A stretch of DNA of 62,017 nucleotides, counting the filler, from Choristocarpus tenellus KU-1152 (Eukaryota; Protista; Phaeophyceae), in the NCBI GenBank assembly GCA_964200185.2. It is 10 parts of 10 records of this genome, joined end to end, with 100 filler letters (N's around TTAATTAATTAA, not from the genome) between each part and the next. Parts side by side here need not be neighbours in the genome. Positions count along the whole stretch, not along the records: positions 36,452 to 48,117 come from CAXNAD020002194.1; positions 48,218 to 51,691 come from CAXNAD020019799.1; positions 51,792 to 58,519 come from CAXNAD020007477.1; 7 more parts are not named here. One strand, written 5' to 3'. Made by a program: the position numbers and the translations under genes. Below are positions 40,613 to 52,950 of the stretch, piece by piece (position 1 is the first letter of the stretch; every line of letters begins with the position of its first letter). The notes below the pieces were generated by a model. It searched no databases and had not been told where the DNA came from. It saw only the letters and a list, made by a program, of their open reading frames with translations.

Positions 40613-42752
40613 ATGTCGATGATAAAGAATGCTTACCTCACGATCTATAACATGGCCTCTGCTTTGGCTTGGGGAAGCATACTCATCTCATGTGTACGCA
40701 ACGTTATAGTTGGTAGCTCCACCCAGGATCTCTACAATGAGGTGGAAATCGTACTTCAGATTGTGCAAACAGCGGCCCTCATGGAGGTCAGTTTACCTTC
40801 AACTATGCACCCGTGTTGACTTGTCAACTTTGCCCCTAGCCCTTTAAGGTCATGGACTCCATGGCTGCATTTTATGAGATTGTCTGCATAAGATTCTGCA
40901 AGTCGTTGAAGCTAGTATTTCTCGCTGTATCATCTACTAGTGATCGAGTAGATGCTAAGGGAGATGTTATAGGGGAATACTTGACTCTCTGTCGTGCGTA
41001 CCACGCCAAACCTATCCGTCACGAAATAGACACGTTACGATACCGTTCAAAGACCTGAAATGATCAATGCAATGGACCGTCTACAATAACCTTTGCTCTC
41101 TGTTTCAAACCCTCTGCTCGGTGATTGGCTTCAGATTCTGCACTCCATGCTCGGACTTGTGCGGTCACCTTGGTTCGTGACCTTGATACAGGTAGCATCT
41201 CGGTTGGTGGTGGTGTGGGGCTTCCTGTGGACTTGCCCATCAACCCAGTCTCAGATTGGGGCAATGCTTTGCATCTCCAGCTGGGCGGCGGTAGAAGTTC
41301 CAAGGTAATGTTTAGGAAACAAACAGGAGAGGGAACTCTTACGCCCCGCCCCCTATGACTGTAGTATTTAGACCTTCCCATCATTATGCCCCTCCACAAT
41401 AGCACTTCTTGGTGGGGATCTACAAACTCAGAAGAGGAAGACAAGACGTAGGAGATGTCAATCTCCAGATATTAAATCCATCCTGTCCATTTGGTTGTGT
41501 CGCCTGTCTCTCACCTCAGGGTTGCACTACTACATTGTTCAATAGCACACAGTTCCATATTTTTTGGTTGAACCTATGGAGACCATAAACCAGTACCTTT
41601 CCCTGCCTTCCTACCCCTGTTCTCATTCCCTTACCCGTTTCCACCGCAACCTCACTACTCTGTTTTTCAAAGGTATCTGTTCTACGCCTTCAATATCTAT
41701 GGGCAAGTACCGTATGCTCTCTTCTGGATGCGATACTCACTTTTTGCGATCCTCTACCCAACTGGCATCACGGGGGAGTTGTTGACCATGTGGGCGGGCC
41801 TGAATTGCCTGAAGGTATGTACCCCTTATCAATCTGACCCCTAACATCTCTCATGGACAAACTATATTGCATCTGGTCACTGCTTTTACTACATAGTGTT
41901 GTAAATTGATTGGAAGCAGGGCTTATTGTTTATGTGCGAGGGTCGGTAAAACTGAAGAAGTACGTAGTCTGCGCTTCCTTTTTTTGTGAGATCATACCTC
42001 ATGGTCTTTGCGTTACAATTTGTTTGTGTAGATAAGATCATTTCATTGACGATACTTCTACTGTGTACATACACACACACACAAAGTTGATTTTTGGGGA
42101 TGAAAGTAGAATTATGTGCAACTTGAGGCATGGTTCAACATTTTTGTGTTAAGCATGATGGTGCGATGTGTTCAGTCGTGACACTTTCAATGTCAAAGGA
42201 CCTTTTGTTGTACATCGTTTTTGGTAGGAGGATTAGAACAAGTGATGAGGAGGTCTTGTTCCTGTGCTACAAGTCAAAATTCAACTTGTAATGAACACGC
42301 ACACACTGCTTCAATTTTTCTCACAAACCCTCCATGGACAACTAATATGTTGATGCTGATGAGCATGTCAAGATTTTTTATTCTTACCGATTTTAATAAG
42401 TACTGTACTCAAGAAACATTTTTCATTTCACAACACTACGTGTTCCCCTCCTGGAACTTGATGCCAATTCTATTTGATTCCCATGAGTTCACGTCTCATC
42501 GAACACCCACCAACTTGCTCACCACTATTTTGTCAAAACACCACCTGCCAAAATATATTCGTGTAACAGGAGTCCACCGCCTTGAGTGTGGAATTGGGTC
42601 CTCTGACCCTCACTGCTTACACTCTGGCCATTGCTATTCTGGTTACCTACATCCCTGGGGGGCCCTACATGTATGTCAACATGTCCAAGAACCGCAAGGT
42701 AGCCTTTAGAAAGCGCAGTGGTCAACCATCTAAGACAAAGAAGACTTCCTAG
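40613..42752 (+). CDS. HACD: Very-long-chain 3-hydroxyacyl-CoA dehydratase (HACD/PTPLA/PHS1/PAS2 family), complete, 222 aa
   Basis: Exons 40613-40786, 41135-41304, 41673-41814 and 42570-42752 sum to 669 nt, ATG to TAG. Motifs YLTIYN, VQTAALMEILHSMLGLVRSP, QVASR, EVPRYLFY, RYSLFAILYPTGITGE (catalytic Tyr/Glu), YIPG and C-terminal KKTS ER-retention signal. Confidence 0.96.
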
Positions 42753-45700
42753 AGTCCATGTCTTTTCTTACTTACGAGGTGACTTATTCCTGACAACATG
42801 GACCCTAAGAAACGACAGTGCTTGGGGAAGAAGAAAAAAAATGGAGACATAGTGTGGCCACTTTGTGAGAGGACTGGAGGCCCAGGAATATAAGGGATTG
42901 TAGGGAAGTGGTACATAGTGGAGGTCTCCGGTCCATTGCAATCTGTTTAAAGAAAGACACTTCAATTTGTTTTCTGTAGATGGACTGACCCCCCGTGAAC
43001 GGTGTGATGATTACTAGCTGCTTGCTCTTGGTGCTTCATTGCTCGGATGTAATGGTAACAATTTTGTGCGTGTTCATGTGCGGAACAGATGAACCACCAG
43101 TGCACTGTTTGGATGAGAAGCTGTATCCATTGGCAAGAATATCTTATCAAATCACTCATGGGGAGTATCCCCTTCAGTCATCGCTACTGGTGTATCGTGC
43201 AGGGGGAGTGGTTTGTTTCAATAGTGTGTAGGTTGTGCAGTTCTTTCGATTGGAGAAGATCAGTTTGCGTTTTTTTTCTGGACTGGATTGATCAGTGTGG
43301 TCAACCTCTGCTAGTGTAAAGGATTGTATTAAGAGACAGCAACTCCTGGTACAATGCACACTCTCGGACGTCCTTGTTCGAAATGGGAAAAGGTTACCCC
43401 TCACAATCCAATATTTCGATATTGCGTGAGTAGGGATGGGATCGACTGCGGGAGGATGCGCACCATGTAAATCGGAACTGAGTTAGCCCAGGTCTTCGAA
43501 AGGGTTCTGTTCTTGTGGACTTGTGGACTTGGAGGAGTGAATGGAAAGTAGAGCTTCGCACACAGAAATAGAATTATGTTTCTTTCAACGGGAAGCGTCG
43601 AAACCACACGGAAAACTCCTCAGAACGAGCAGCATTCATGTCCAACTTCCTTGAGCATAACAAAATTAGAAAAAACGTGGATCATTAGGTCTTACCATAG
43701 AACACTGTATTTTGTATGCATGGATTAGACTGTACGCTCTGGTATAAAATCTGCTTGCTTAGTGAACCTCTGCTATATCGCTGGAATGGACTGAGAAAAG
43801 CGTGTCTTGGTAATTTTGGGGGGGGAAAGTGTGAAGCTCAGTGTGACCAAATTAGGTGCCCCTGTTCAAATTTGAACACAAAGTAAACATATATTTTACC
43901 CTCCAATTTCTCACACTTAATGGTAAACATTATGGTGATGATAATGTTCGTCTGTCTTCTGTGTTGATGGTATCATAAAATGGTGGTAAAGGGGTTGAGC
44001 AAAGATAGGGTAGAGTGTTGTTAGAGCCCTGGATAAACCTGTTTCATACTGTTGTGCAAAGTGGAGTTTAGAGATTGTGGGAATAGAGAATGCTCAAGAG
44101 TTCTATAGCAATAGAACGTCCTTCTATCCATAACCTGCTCCACCCATCCTGTCTTGTTCAGCAAGAGGAAATGAAATGATAGGAACAAACTACAGTTATC
44201 AGGTTCGATTTCTTAGGGAACCTCTCGATAGTGGGAAGAGATCATCTGCTAATAATGTTGGTATCAATGCCAAGACAAAAGGCTTTACTTAAGTGCTGTG
44301 AAGAGTGGATATTAGTGTTCAGTTGGTTGCAGCTTACCCCGCCCCAAACCTTTTGCATTGATATACCCTTGGAGATTAACCAGTGTCGTCAATCGTAGAG
44401 TTTGAACCGTGATTTAATTGAAATCGAAAGTAGAGGTGTAGTTTTCGGTGATTTTGACATGGCTGTGCACTCAGCCAGCGGATCTCGACAACTCACGCCC
44501 TTGATTCGTGTGTTGCATGTACGTTTTGACTTCTATATTTGGGTGCATCGAAATATTTCGAATCACTGAAACTTACATTAATGACTGCTTTCGGTTCACA
44601 ACAAACTGGAGATTGTGAGATTACTGTGGTTGGTTGCAAGTTGATAAAAGTGTGCAGATCTGGCGCTACTCTTCTTACAACACATTGACCAGTGCCCTAC
44701 TTCAGAATCGTCAAAACAAGGTTATTTATCCCTATTCAGGACTCATCTTGAAAGAAATTACACTACTTTTTTCTAAATTGCAAAGAAATTGACAGCAATT
44801 AATTATGTAGTAGTTGACACATATAAATACCTACATCATAGAAATGTCAAATAACTCATTGAATGATATATTTCAAGTATTCGATCTGTGGAGTAACACT
44901 AATAGTACTCAATGTAGTAACCTACCCCCAAATCCTAAAATATAGCAGTTACATTAGGATCCTGACATAGCAATAATGGTAGTAATAGCAGTGTGTATAC
45001 TCCAAATGGGGAGGTGGAGACACCAGGTGCATCCACCCTCTTGCCTTTTGTGTAGGGTGTTGAAGTATTCCACACTGGACCCGCAGTTAAAAGATGATCA
45101 ATCGTGTGCCCGTGGTAGTGGAAAATGTGAGTCAATGTGAATATATAATGTTGGTGTTACAGGGGCTTATTATGGTCCACTAACAGGGTACAACAAATCA
45201 CCATCATATACTAAATATTTAGCCAGTCGTTGTATAATTAGGTATCAACAATTGAATGTTGTCCCACAAACTAAAAATAAAGGACAAATTATCATCCACA
45301 AATAAACATAATTGATGACTGTCCTTACCAAGGATTGCTAACTCAAAAAACTAGAAAATCACCCGTCTCGTCAAGAAAGGAGAGATGTATCTTGTAATAT
45401 GACCTTACTCGTTCATCAACACAACAAATAATGGTGCAAGGGCAGCATCATAAGCATCATAAGCATCATCATCCTCTCACCCTCCACATGCACAGGAGGA
45501 TAGCAAGAGGTACTGCCTATCTGGACATGCAGGGTACTAACCCACACTACCTGGTTTGATACATCCGAAATTGTTCAAGAAGACAGGAATTGCTGTTCAT
45601 ATCATTGTTGTGTTTCTTTCTCACACATACTTGTCCAGAAACAAGTAGTTTGTTATTACTTCGAACAACATGGATGGTAGTCACGGACCTCATGGTCACG

Positions 45701-46560
45701 TAAAAAATGGTAGGCATTCTATTTGTTGTGAACAAAGGATTTTCATTCTACTTCCTAAGACTCCAAATGGTTGGAAGCTTGCTGTTTACAAACAACGGTG
45801 TTACTGGTGTTGCAGCTGAGTGAGACCCAAATAGAGCAAAATCAAATTAATATGAGGGATCCTTTAACCCTTCGTAGTTTTAACCTCAACACCTTCACAT
45901 TAGAAAAGCTTCAGGCATCTTGGTACGCAAGCAGAACAATTTCTTGATGATCTGGAGAAGCATCTAGTACTGGGTAATAGAGGGACTGGAGAGTTTAGCC
46001 GGAAGGGATCGCAGTGAAAGCACGCCTGCAACAGTTTCGTCTGTTCCAGCACAATGAGTGGCAATAAAAGGTGAGTTACATTTCAAAGCTGTCATAGAGA
46101 CACAGGGTTGGTGGTGGTGGGCAAAACTGGCCTTGACAAACTCATGGCACTCTTCTTTTACTTTTAGATCGCGTTCATAGTGTCAGTTTTTTAGGAATAT
46201 AATCTTGACACAATAGTTTCGTTTATCATCAATGACTGTCTTCTTAAAATAAGTTTCTTGTTTTAATTGTATTTAAATACGATACACCTACTAATTGGAG
46301 TATACAATGGTTGATATATCAGAAGGTTCTCTGTTGTTTTGGATATTTTATTCTTTGCCTTAGGTGTTTTTGTTCTTGTTCTATTCGTGACACTATCTGC
46401 AAAATGGAAGTAGAAATAACAGTTAACTTCCACCTTCTATTTGTAGAACTGTATTTGTTTATATTGATATTAGGTAGGATGAGCTGATTGTGGATACGTA
46501 GAGTCGAAGTCCCACTTTACAACGCAACCTTCTCACACCCCTATTACCCAATACTATATT

Positions 46561-46850
46561 ATTATGCCCTCTAATTTTATTATTATGCCCTCTCACATTC
46601 CCTCGAACATCTTGCAGATGTGTCAGGGAAAAAGTCAAACCCGTATTATGTGTAACTTCTTCAAAAAAAAAACTTTTATTGATGATGGGGAATAACTGAG
46701 TACTTCAAACGAAGAATTATGCTACCTCTGATGATTTTTTTTATGCCCTCTGACATTTTGCAGATGTGTCAGGGGAAAACCCAATGAAAAACGATTCAAA
46801 TGTCAGAACCCCTGAAAAAGTAACAGTTGTCGTAAATGTGAAAGGCATTT
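46561..46850 (-). repeat. Family H, clustered copies
   Basis: TTATGCCCTC starts at 46562, ~46583 and 46741. The 46741-46850 copy is the longest and ends AAAGGCAT. Confidence 0.8.
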
Positions 46851-48117
46851 TCCTTTATCTAATTACTACCAACTATGCTACACCACTGGTCTCCTGTGCC
46901 TCGAACCTAACTCAGTCCTGCACCCCAGGGTGAGGAGCTAGGGAAGTATCCCTAGAACCTAACAAGCCCCTCCTTGCTCATCTCCCTGGTGTATCCAACT
47001 TAAATGGCATGGGATGTCTACATAAAGCTGCTTGTGTTGTGACAGACAATATCTGTCGTAGACGGGATTTGACAGCCCCTTTCCTACTGTTGTAGCCTCC
47101 TGACCCTCTCCCCCTGGTCAGCCAAAAAAGGTACAACATTTAGATAATCGATAATCGGGAAAACTTGGTATAGTTGCAAGACACATCACATTCGAACAAT
47201 TATTATAGAACCATCGTGTTGCTGTTATGGGTGCGCATCCTGATTGAGGACAGGAAATACTTGGTATACTTTGTACCCATTAGTCTTTGAAATGGTAGAA
47301 GCTCTTTGTTTGGGCCTCCGAGCCCCTCCTCACTGACCCTGCATGTTGCCCACCTTAAGACTTTTTACTCCTTCACCATCAGTAGTAAGGAATGACTTAA
47401 AGATAGGTTGAGCACGACCTATTCCCAAGTGTCTTCTTATTTTTTGTCATGCATCATTGACTTGGAGATTCCGAGTTGCAACACCAAACAAAATGTCCTG
47501 GCTGGTGGTGGAAGTATTTATTGGAATCAGTTTGCAGCTCTTGCAAAGAGCTCAACAATATTGAGGCCTTGGCGGACTGAAGAATTCCCCCTCCATAACG
47601 ACCCTATGTTGGGATCCACAACAATATCCTTTCGGTAATTACAAAGGAGTTCCATATTCATGCCATTATTATTTTTATCTTCCTGTTGACTGACGTCAAA
47701 CTTCTCTTTGACTCAATTCCTGTAGTTCAAGGAATCGTTTGCTACCTTGAAGGAGCTCCGTGATCGTTACCCCCCTTTCATCAAGGACCTAAATTTTCTC
47801 TTGATAATCTCAAGCGTCGTCTGATCGATGGGGCAAGACAAGTGGCTGGGTGTAAGGCCTCTGAGCAGGGACTTCAAATTTAGATCTTGACTTGACCCTC
47901 TTTTGAACCCCTCTGTTCTCACCAAACCACACAATAAATTGTGTCTAGCGTGATATTTGCACTGAAAGACAAGAAGAGAGAGTTTACCATGGTTTCAAAA
48001 GCCGTTTGATCAATTTCGTTGTAAGGAACGACTTTTATGATAATAATGAAAACTATATACATATGTGTATATAAAATGTCCTCAACATAAGAATACTGTA
48101 AGACAATGCGTGGAAAC

Positions 48118-48217
48118 NNNNNNNNNNNNNNNNNNNNNNNNNNNNNNNNNNNNNNNNNNNNTTAATTAATTAANNNNNNNNNNNNNNNNNNNNNNNNNNN
48201 NNNNNNNNNNNNNNNNN
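48118..48217. other. Artificial contig spacer
   Basis: 44 N + TTAATTAATTAA + 44 N. Confidence 0.98.
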
Positions 48218-48239
48218 CCCCCCCCAGATACTTTGACCC
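48218..48239 (-). mobile_element. Family G TIR terminus at contig start
   Basis: CCCCCCCCAGATACTTTGACCC. Confidence 0.75.
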
Positions 48240-48395
48240 TGCGACACTTGTTCCACGATAGAAGATCATCAGCATAATCTCTGAGAACCCACGCAGCATC
48301 AAGCAAACCCCAAGGATACGCGGCATAGATAGGATTTCAAGTTCTGATGTCGAGCTTCCTACACGGTCAACATATACATACAATGCTACTTGGTG

Positions 48396-48494
48396 TTAGG
48401 GTTAGGGTTAGAGGCTATTTCTGTAGCCCTGCTTTTTATAGGAGTCGAAGTAAGAGAGAGAGAGGTACCCAGGGTTAGGGTTAGGGTTAGGGTT
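48396..48494 (+). repeat. Short interstitial telomere-like (TTAGGG)n tracts
   Basis: TTAGGGTTAGGGTTAG at 48396-48411 and AGGG(TTAGGG)3TT at 48471-48494. Confidence 0.8.
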
Positions 48495-48568
48495 GCACGT
48501 TTTGGACGTCGAAAAATATGTGTAAATCTCGGCATATTGTACAAATGCATGTAGGGAAGTTCCTAATT

Positions 48569-48828
48569 GAGTGAAAGTATCTTAGAGGGTACGAGTTTTG
48601 CCCTGTTTGTCCATTTGGGGCTTGGCTTCCTATGGTTTTTTAATGTCATTTTCCTACTCCAAAATGCTCCAGAGTAGGCAAAATGTGTACGATATGAAAA
48701 GGTGTACCTAGAACAAAGGATATTTTACACTTCCTAACAAACGCGATAAACGAAATTACATCAAAATCGCAACATCAAATTTTGGACCCCAAATGGACGC
48801 AGCTCTACCCTATAAAACACTTTGACTC
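48569..48828 (+). mobile_element. MITE family A, copy 3
   Basis: GAGTGAAAGTATCTTAGAGGGTA...TACCCTATAAAACACTTTGACTC; flanked by ATT/ATT. Confidence 0.9.
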
Positions 48829-49157
48829 ATTCTGTCGAAAACTCTCAAATAGCAGAGAATCTCAATGACCTCGAATCAATTTTATTGCTTTTTCCCCATA
48901 GGGATAAGGGTGAATAGCAGAAGATTTTAAAAGTGGTGAGAAATGTAAAAAGACCAAGACATGGGTACATCTGGTTTTCTTTGGCTCTATCTTTCAGTTG
49001 ATCTCATCATGTGTTAAAATGTACTTGTATATAATACTATTTGTAGTCATTTGATTGTCTGCCTCAGGAGGTTGCCCTCACACCACCAACTTGCCCACCC
49101 TGGTAGCATTCGCATCAAGACAATCAGAAAAAGTATAAAATTAAATTTCTCATGCAC

Positions 49158-49650
49158 CTGCCATCTCCACAGTTCATTCAAATCGCTGTCCAACTTCAGC
49201 ACTGAGAAGTCGAACCCCCCCTTGTTCACGCCGCTCCAGTTCCCTTGAGTAGTTCCTGCTAGGTAAATGGATCCATTTGCTCCAACATCAAGAGAGAATA
49301 TACGATCCGACTCCGCAGTGCCACCCTGACAAAATCAATGAAGTTGCTTCACACATTGCTTTCAAACTGAATTGGTTGTACGAAAGGCATAGAGGAATTG
49401 GCGTCGATGCTGACCTTCCAATTTATTTGGTACCATTTGGAAACTGTTATTCACGTGAAGTACTTGTAGTGTACAGTACCTGCCAGCGCCACCGTTCTGT
49501 ACCATTTTCATTAAAACTCATTGCTATGAAGTCTTCGAATTCCCCCAAGTTTGTAATGGCGAAGTCGCCAAAGGTATAGCCGCCAATGATGTAGTCGTCC
49601 ACTCCTCGTCCAGCAACTGAGGCTATGTCATCCTTAGTAAGGCTTCCCTC
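49158..49650 (-). CDS. Beta-propeller (SBBP-like) repeat protein, two repeat exons; partial
   Basis: Phase-0 exons 49650-49480 (57 aa, ...YIIGGYTFGDFAITNLGEFEDFIAMSFNENGTERWRWQ) and 49325-49158 (56 aa, GGTAESDRIFSLDVGANGSIYLAGTTQGNWSGVNKGGFDFSVLKLDSDLNELWRWQ) are mutually homologous. Confidence 0.85.
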
Positions 49651-51691
49651 CTGGGAAAGTGCAAGGAGATCGATGATTTCGGAGAAAGACGTACAGGTTT
49701 TTCACTGATAGGACAAACAGAGCAAACACTAACTTGAGTACTATTTTTTGAAGTTGGAAACCCTTGGAGCATTTTATATGCACTCTGACCTCTTACAATT
49801 CATTCTCTACACGTTGTTAGCAGAGCAGGAAGGAAGGAAGGAAGGAAGGAAGATTTATCAACTCTGTGCATTGCTAATGTGTACTGCAAGTCAACAAACA
49901 TATCTTACAAGTATCCGCCCAAGACTCCAAGAGTTGGAAAGTCAACTGTCCGAGAAAGAAAATATAAAATTCGCAAAATCTCACCCTTAAAACCATGTGC
50001 TCCAAAGCATACATACTTTTTCATACAATCTTATTGCAAGGGGTCAAGGAGGGGCTTTGTCTGCCCTGTCTCGCTTTGTCTGCCCTGTCTCAGCTTTCTC
50101 AGCAGTTTCTGTTAGGTCAGCACTCTTCAATTTGCTTGCCTATGGTGTATTATTTACACAATGAGTTTATGATTAACCATTCTCATGATGTTACGGCAAT
50201 TTCAACTTTTTACTCACTGCACATCTGGAAGTAAAGCATCAACCACTGAAGGCACTAACAAATGCAGATATTGCATATTTTGGGAATGACAAGGAATGTG
50301 TGCAATGTGTAGGCATCCAAATAGGTAATCAACCGAGGTTTGGGTTGATCTGATACCTTCCATTCCTGCCAAATACCATAGGACTAACGCCCCTAGAATG
50401 TAGCAAGGTAGGGACTTTTCACAATTGTACCAGATAGTGAGAAGTAGCACTTTATACGCCCAAATCCATATATCTACATAATTCTATTTTCAACAATGTT
50501 TACAAACTGTAATTCATTGTGTATGAGGAGGACACGGGAATATCTTAAACACTGTGCAATACAAAAGAAGAAGTATACGAACTGGCTGGTGCCCGACGGA
50601 GAATTCGAAAATCGTAGCCCGCATTTTCAGCTTCTATTCAGCTACTTGTGAAGGCACTTCTAATGCTTTAATCTGCTCCTGACTTGGCTTGTTATTTCTG
50701 CATGTCGTTGTTTGACGCAGTTGATCTATCAGCTAGCTTGTCAGCAATTAATTGTACCAACGCAGTCCTCAGAGGTGAACAGTACGGCAAGTCCTTCCGA
50801 TTGATTAGCACTTCCCCCTCCTTCTAGACTTACTTTCGTTGATGGGGTGCAAATCAAAGTATTGGCTGGACGAATATCAACACAATACGATGGTCTAATT
50901 CCGAGGTAGAATGCACAATCAAATTTTTTACAAGGTGTCGATTGGGTTGATGAGTGAGGATATAACTGATGCAACGATATCTGTCAATGATATATGTCAC
51001 CTTTGAAATATACATAGGTTTGAGACCCATTGTACTTCAGTGATGCATAAACGTTGTTCACAAGTGCACGTTTGCTCTTTCCTGCAAACCTCTCCAGGCA
51101 CAAACCTTTGCTCAATTTATCGCAACTGGAGAGACCAAATACCACACTGCCCCTACCCTCTCCCCTTCACCTCTCTAATACTTGAAATTTCTTCCGTCAA
51201 TCTCCAGTACAAAAGTTGCATACATTTTGTCAACTACGATACCTACAGAGTGGTACCAACCATGAGAGGCGAAAAAATACAGAACACAACTTCGGGTTGT
51301 CTTCGTATTTGACAATTTGGTATCCCCAGTATTCATTCAGATTGGACTGCAAAACCATGATAACCCTTACCCTAAGTTTACTGGTTGCAACTGAAAAAAT
51401 AGGAGCAAAACACAAGACTAACAATGCTAATTTGGAGTAGAGTCCTTCCGCAGGAGGAGGACTGGTGGAATTTAATGCAGCGCATAATCACTCTGCAACA
51501 GCCTCTCAGCAAAATTGAGGATGGAGCATACTATGGAGGATGATTTTGACCCAAGATTGACCGGGAAAAAGTGTCGATATGTTTTTTGTTGTAAATGTTG
51601 CGGCACTTTTTAAGGGCCCCTTATTGAATGAGATATATTTTTGTTCAAAACTATTTCGGTGCTTGTGGAGGGCACCGAAACCATCTGGAAG

Positions 51692-51791
51692 NNNNNNNNN
51701 NNNNNNNNNNNNNNNNNNNNNNNNNNNNNNNNNNNTTAATTAATTAANNNNNNNNNNNNNNNNNNNNNNNNNNNNNNNNNNNNNNNNNNNN
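51692..51791. other. Artificial contig spacer
   Basis: 44 N + TTAATTAATTAA + 44 N. Confidence 0.98.
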
Positions 51792-52950
51792 CCCCCTGCC
51801 CCCACCCCCTGGCCCCCCAAAACTTGTTCTGGATTTGACTAAATTCCAAAAACAAGCAAGCCTATCGATCGATCGCTAAGGAGGGATCTAAAGAAATAAA
51901 CCATACAACAAACACGATTGCTTTGAAGCGGCAATGCAACTGCTACAAACACAAAACACCTCTGGAATAAACAAAACAAAGGCAGGGTAAACAAGAACAA
52001 GTACCCTAAAGGCCGTTACGAACTTTCTTCCAAAACAGATGGCTCTTATCCAATCCCAATTCTGAAACTGTCAGGGTATGTCCAGAAAACATGGTCCAAA
52101 CTTTCCACACAATTCAGCAGTTTGCTCAATACAGGAAGGTGAGATCCCACAGTCCACCTTCACTCTTCCTCCAATCACAACAGTCATACGATACTACACA
52201 TGAGGTTAACGTCCTCAAAAAATGCAAGTCACTATGTCTCCCTTGTGCGGTACGCAGGCCTTATCTTCATTATTGCCCGCCCCCAGTGCAACATCAATGC
52301 ATCAATGTATCACCTATTCCTTTCATCTGCCCAGCTTCTGCAGATTCACCAACACCCCACACTTTAAAAACAAAACATTTCCAAAACACAAGGGATTTAA
52401 CCATATACGTATCACAGAAAAAAGATTGGCACTACGTAAAGTCATCCACATTTGTGCGCAGCGAGAAAAATGCCTCCACAACCCACGCAGTTTTTCACAA
52501 CGTGTACCCACTGGCATTTACAGCACACAGGAACACGCACACACCAACATCAATACCAACACGCCAAAAAGTGCCATCAACCAGTGGCAGCAACTCTGAG
52601 CATTGAGCCGAAACAAAGCAAGGAATTCACAAGAGCACCAAACGCAACAGGACAAGGGGGGCAGGGGGCGGGGGCGGGGGACTGTCAAATATGCCACTCA
52701 CCGTCCCATGTGTCCAACAGTTATAAAGAGAGGGAAGTCTTTTCCAACACACATCCTCATAACCCACATCTGCTCCTTCCCCCCCCCCAACCCCCTCCCA
52801 GAATACACCTAACACACAAAACATGTAGACAGCATAGCAATGGTGGGGGCTCATTCAACCCCGGCAACAAGATAGCTTGTGCCCACACCCTGCAGTTTGT
52901 GTCCATAATGTGCATGCCACACAGGGACACACTAATGCTGCCCCCGTGTC

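Noticed and set aside
47200-47965. Possible Mutator-like transposase relic on the minus strand (CKYHARHNL)
   Set aside because: A single short motif amid stops, with no DDE residues or TIRs identifiable.
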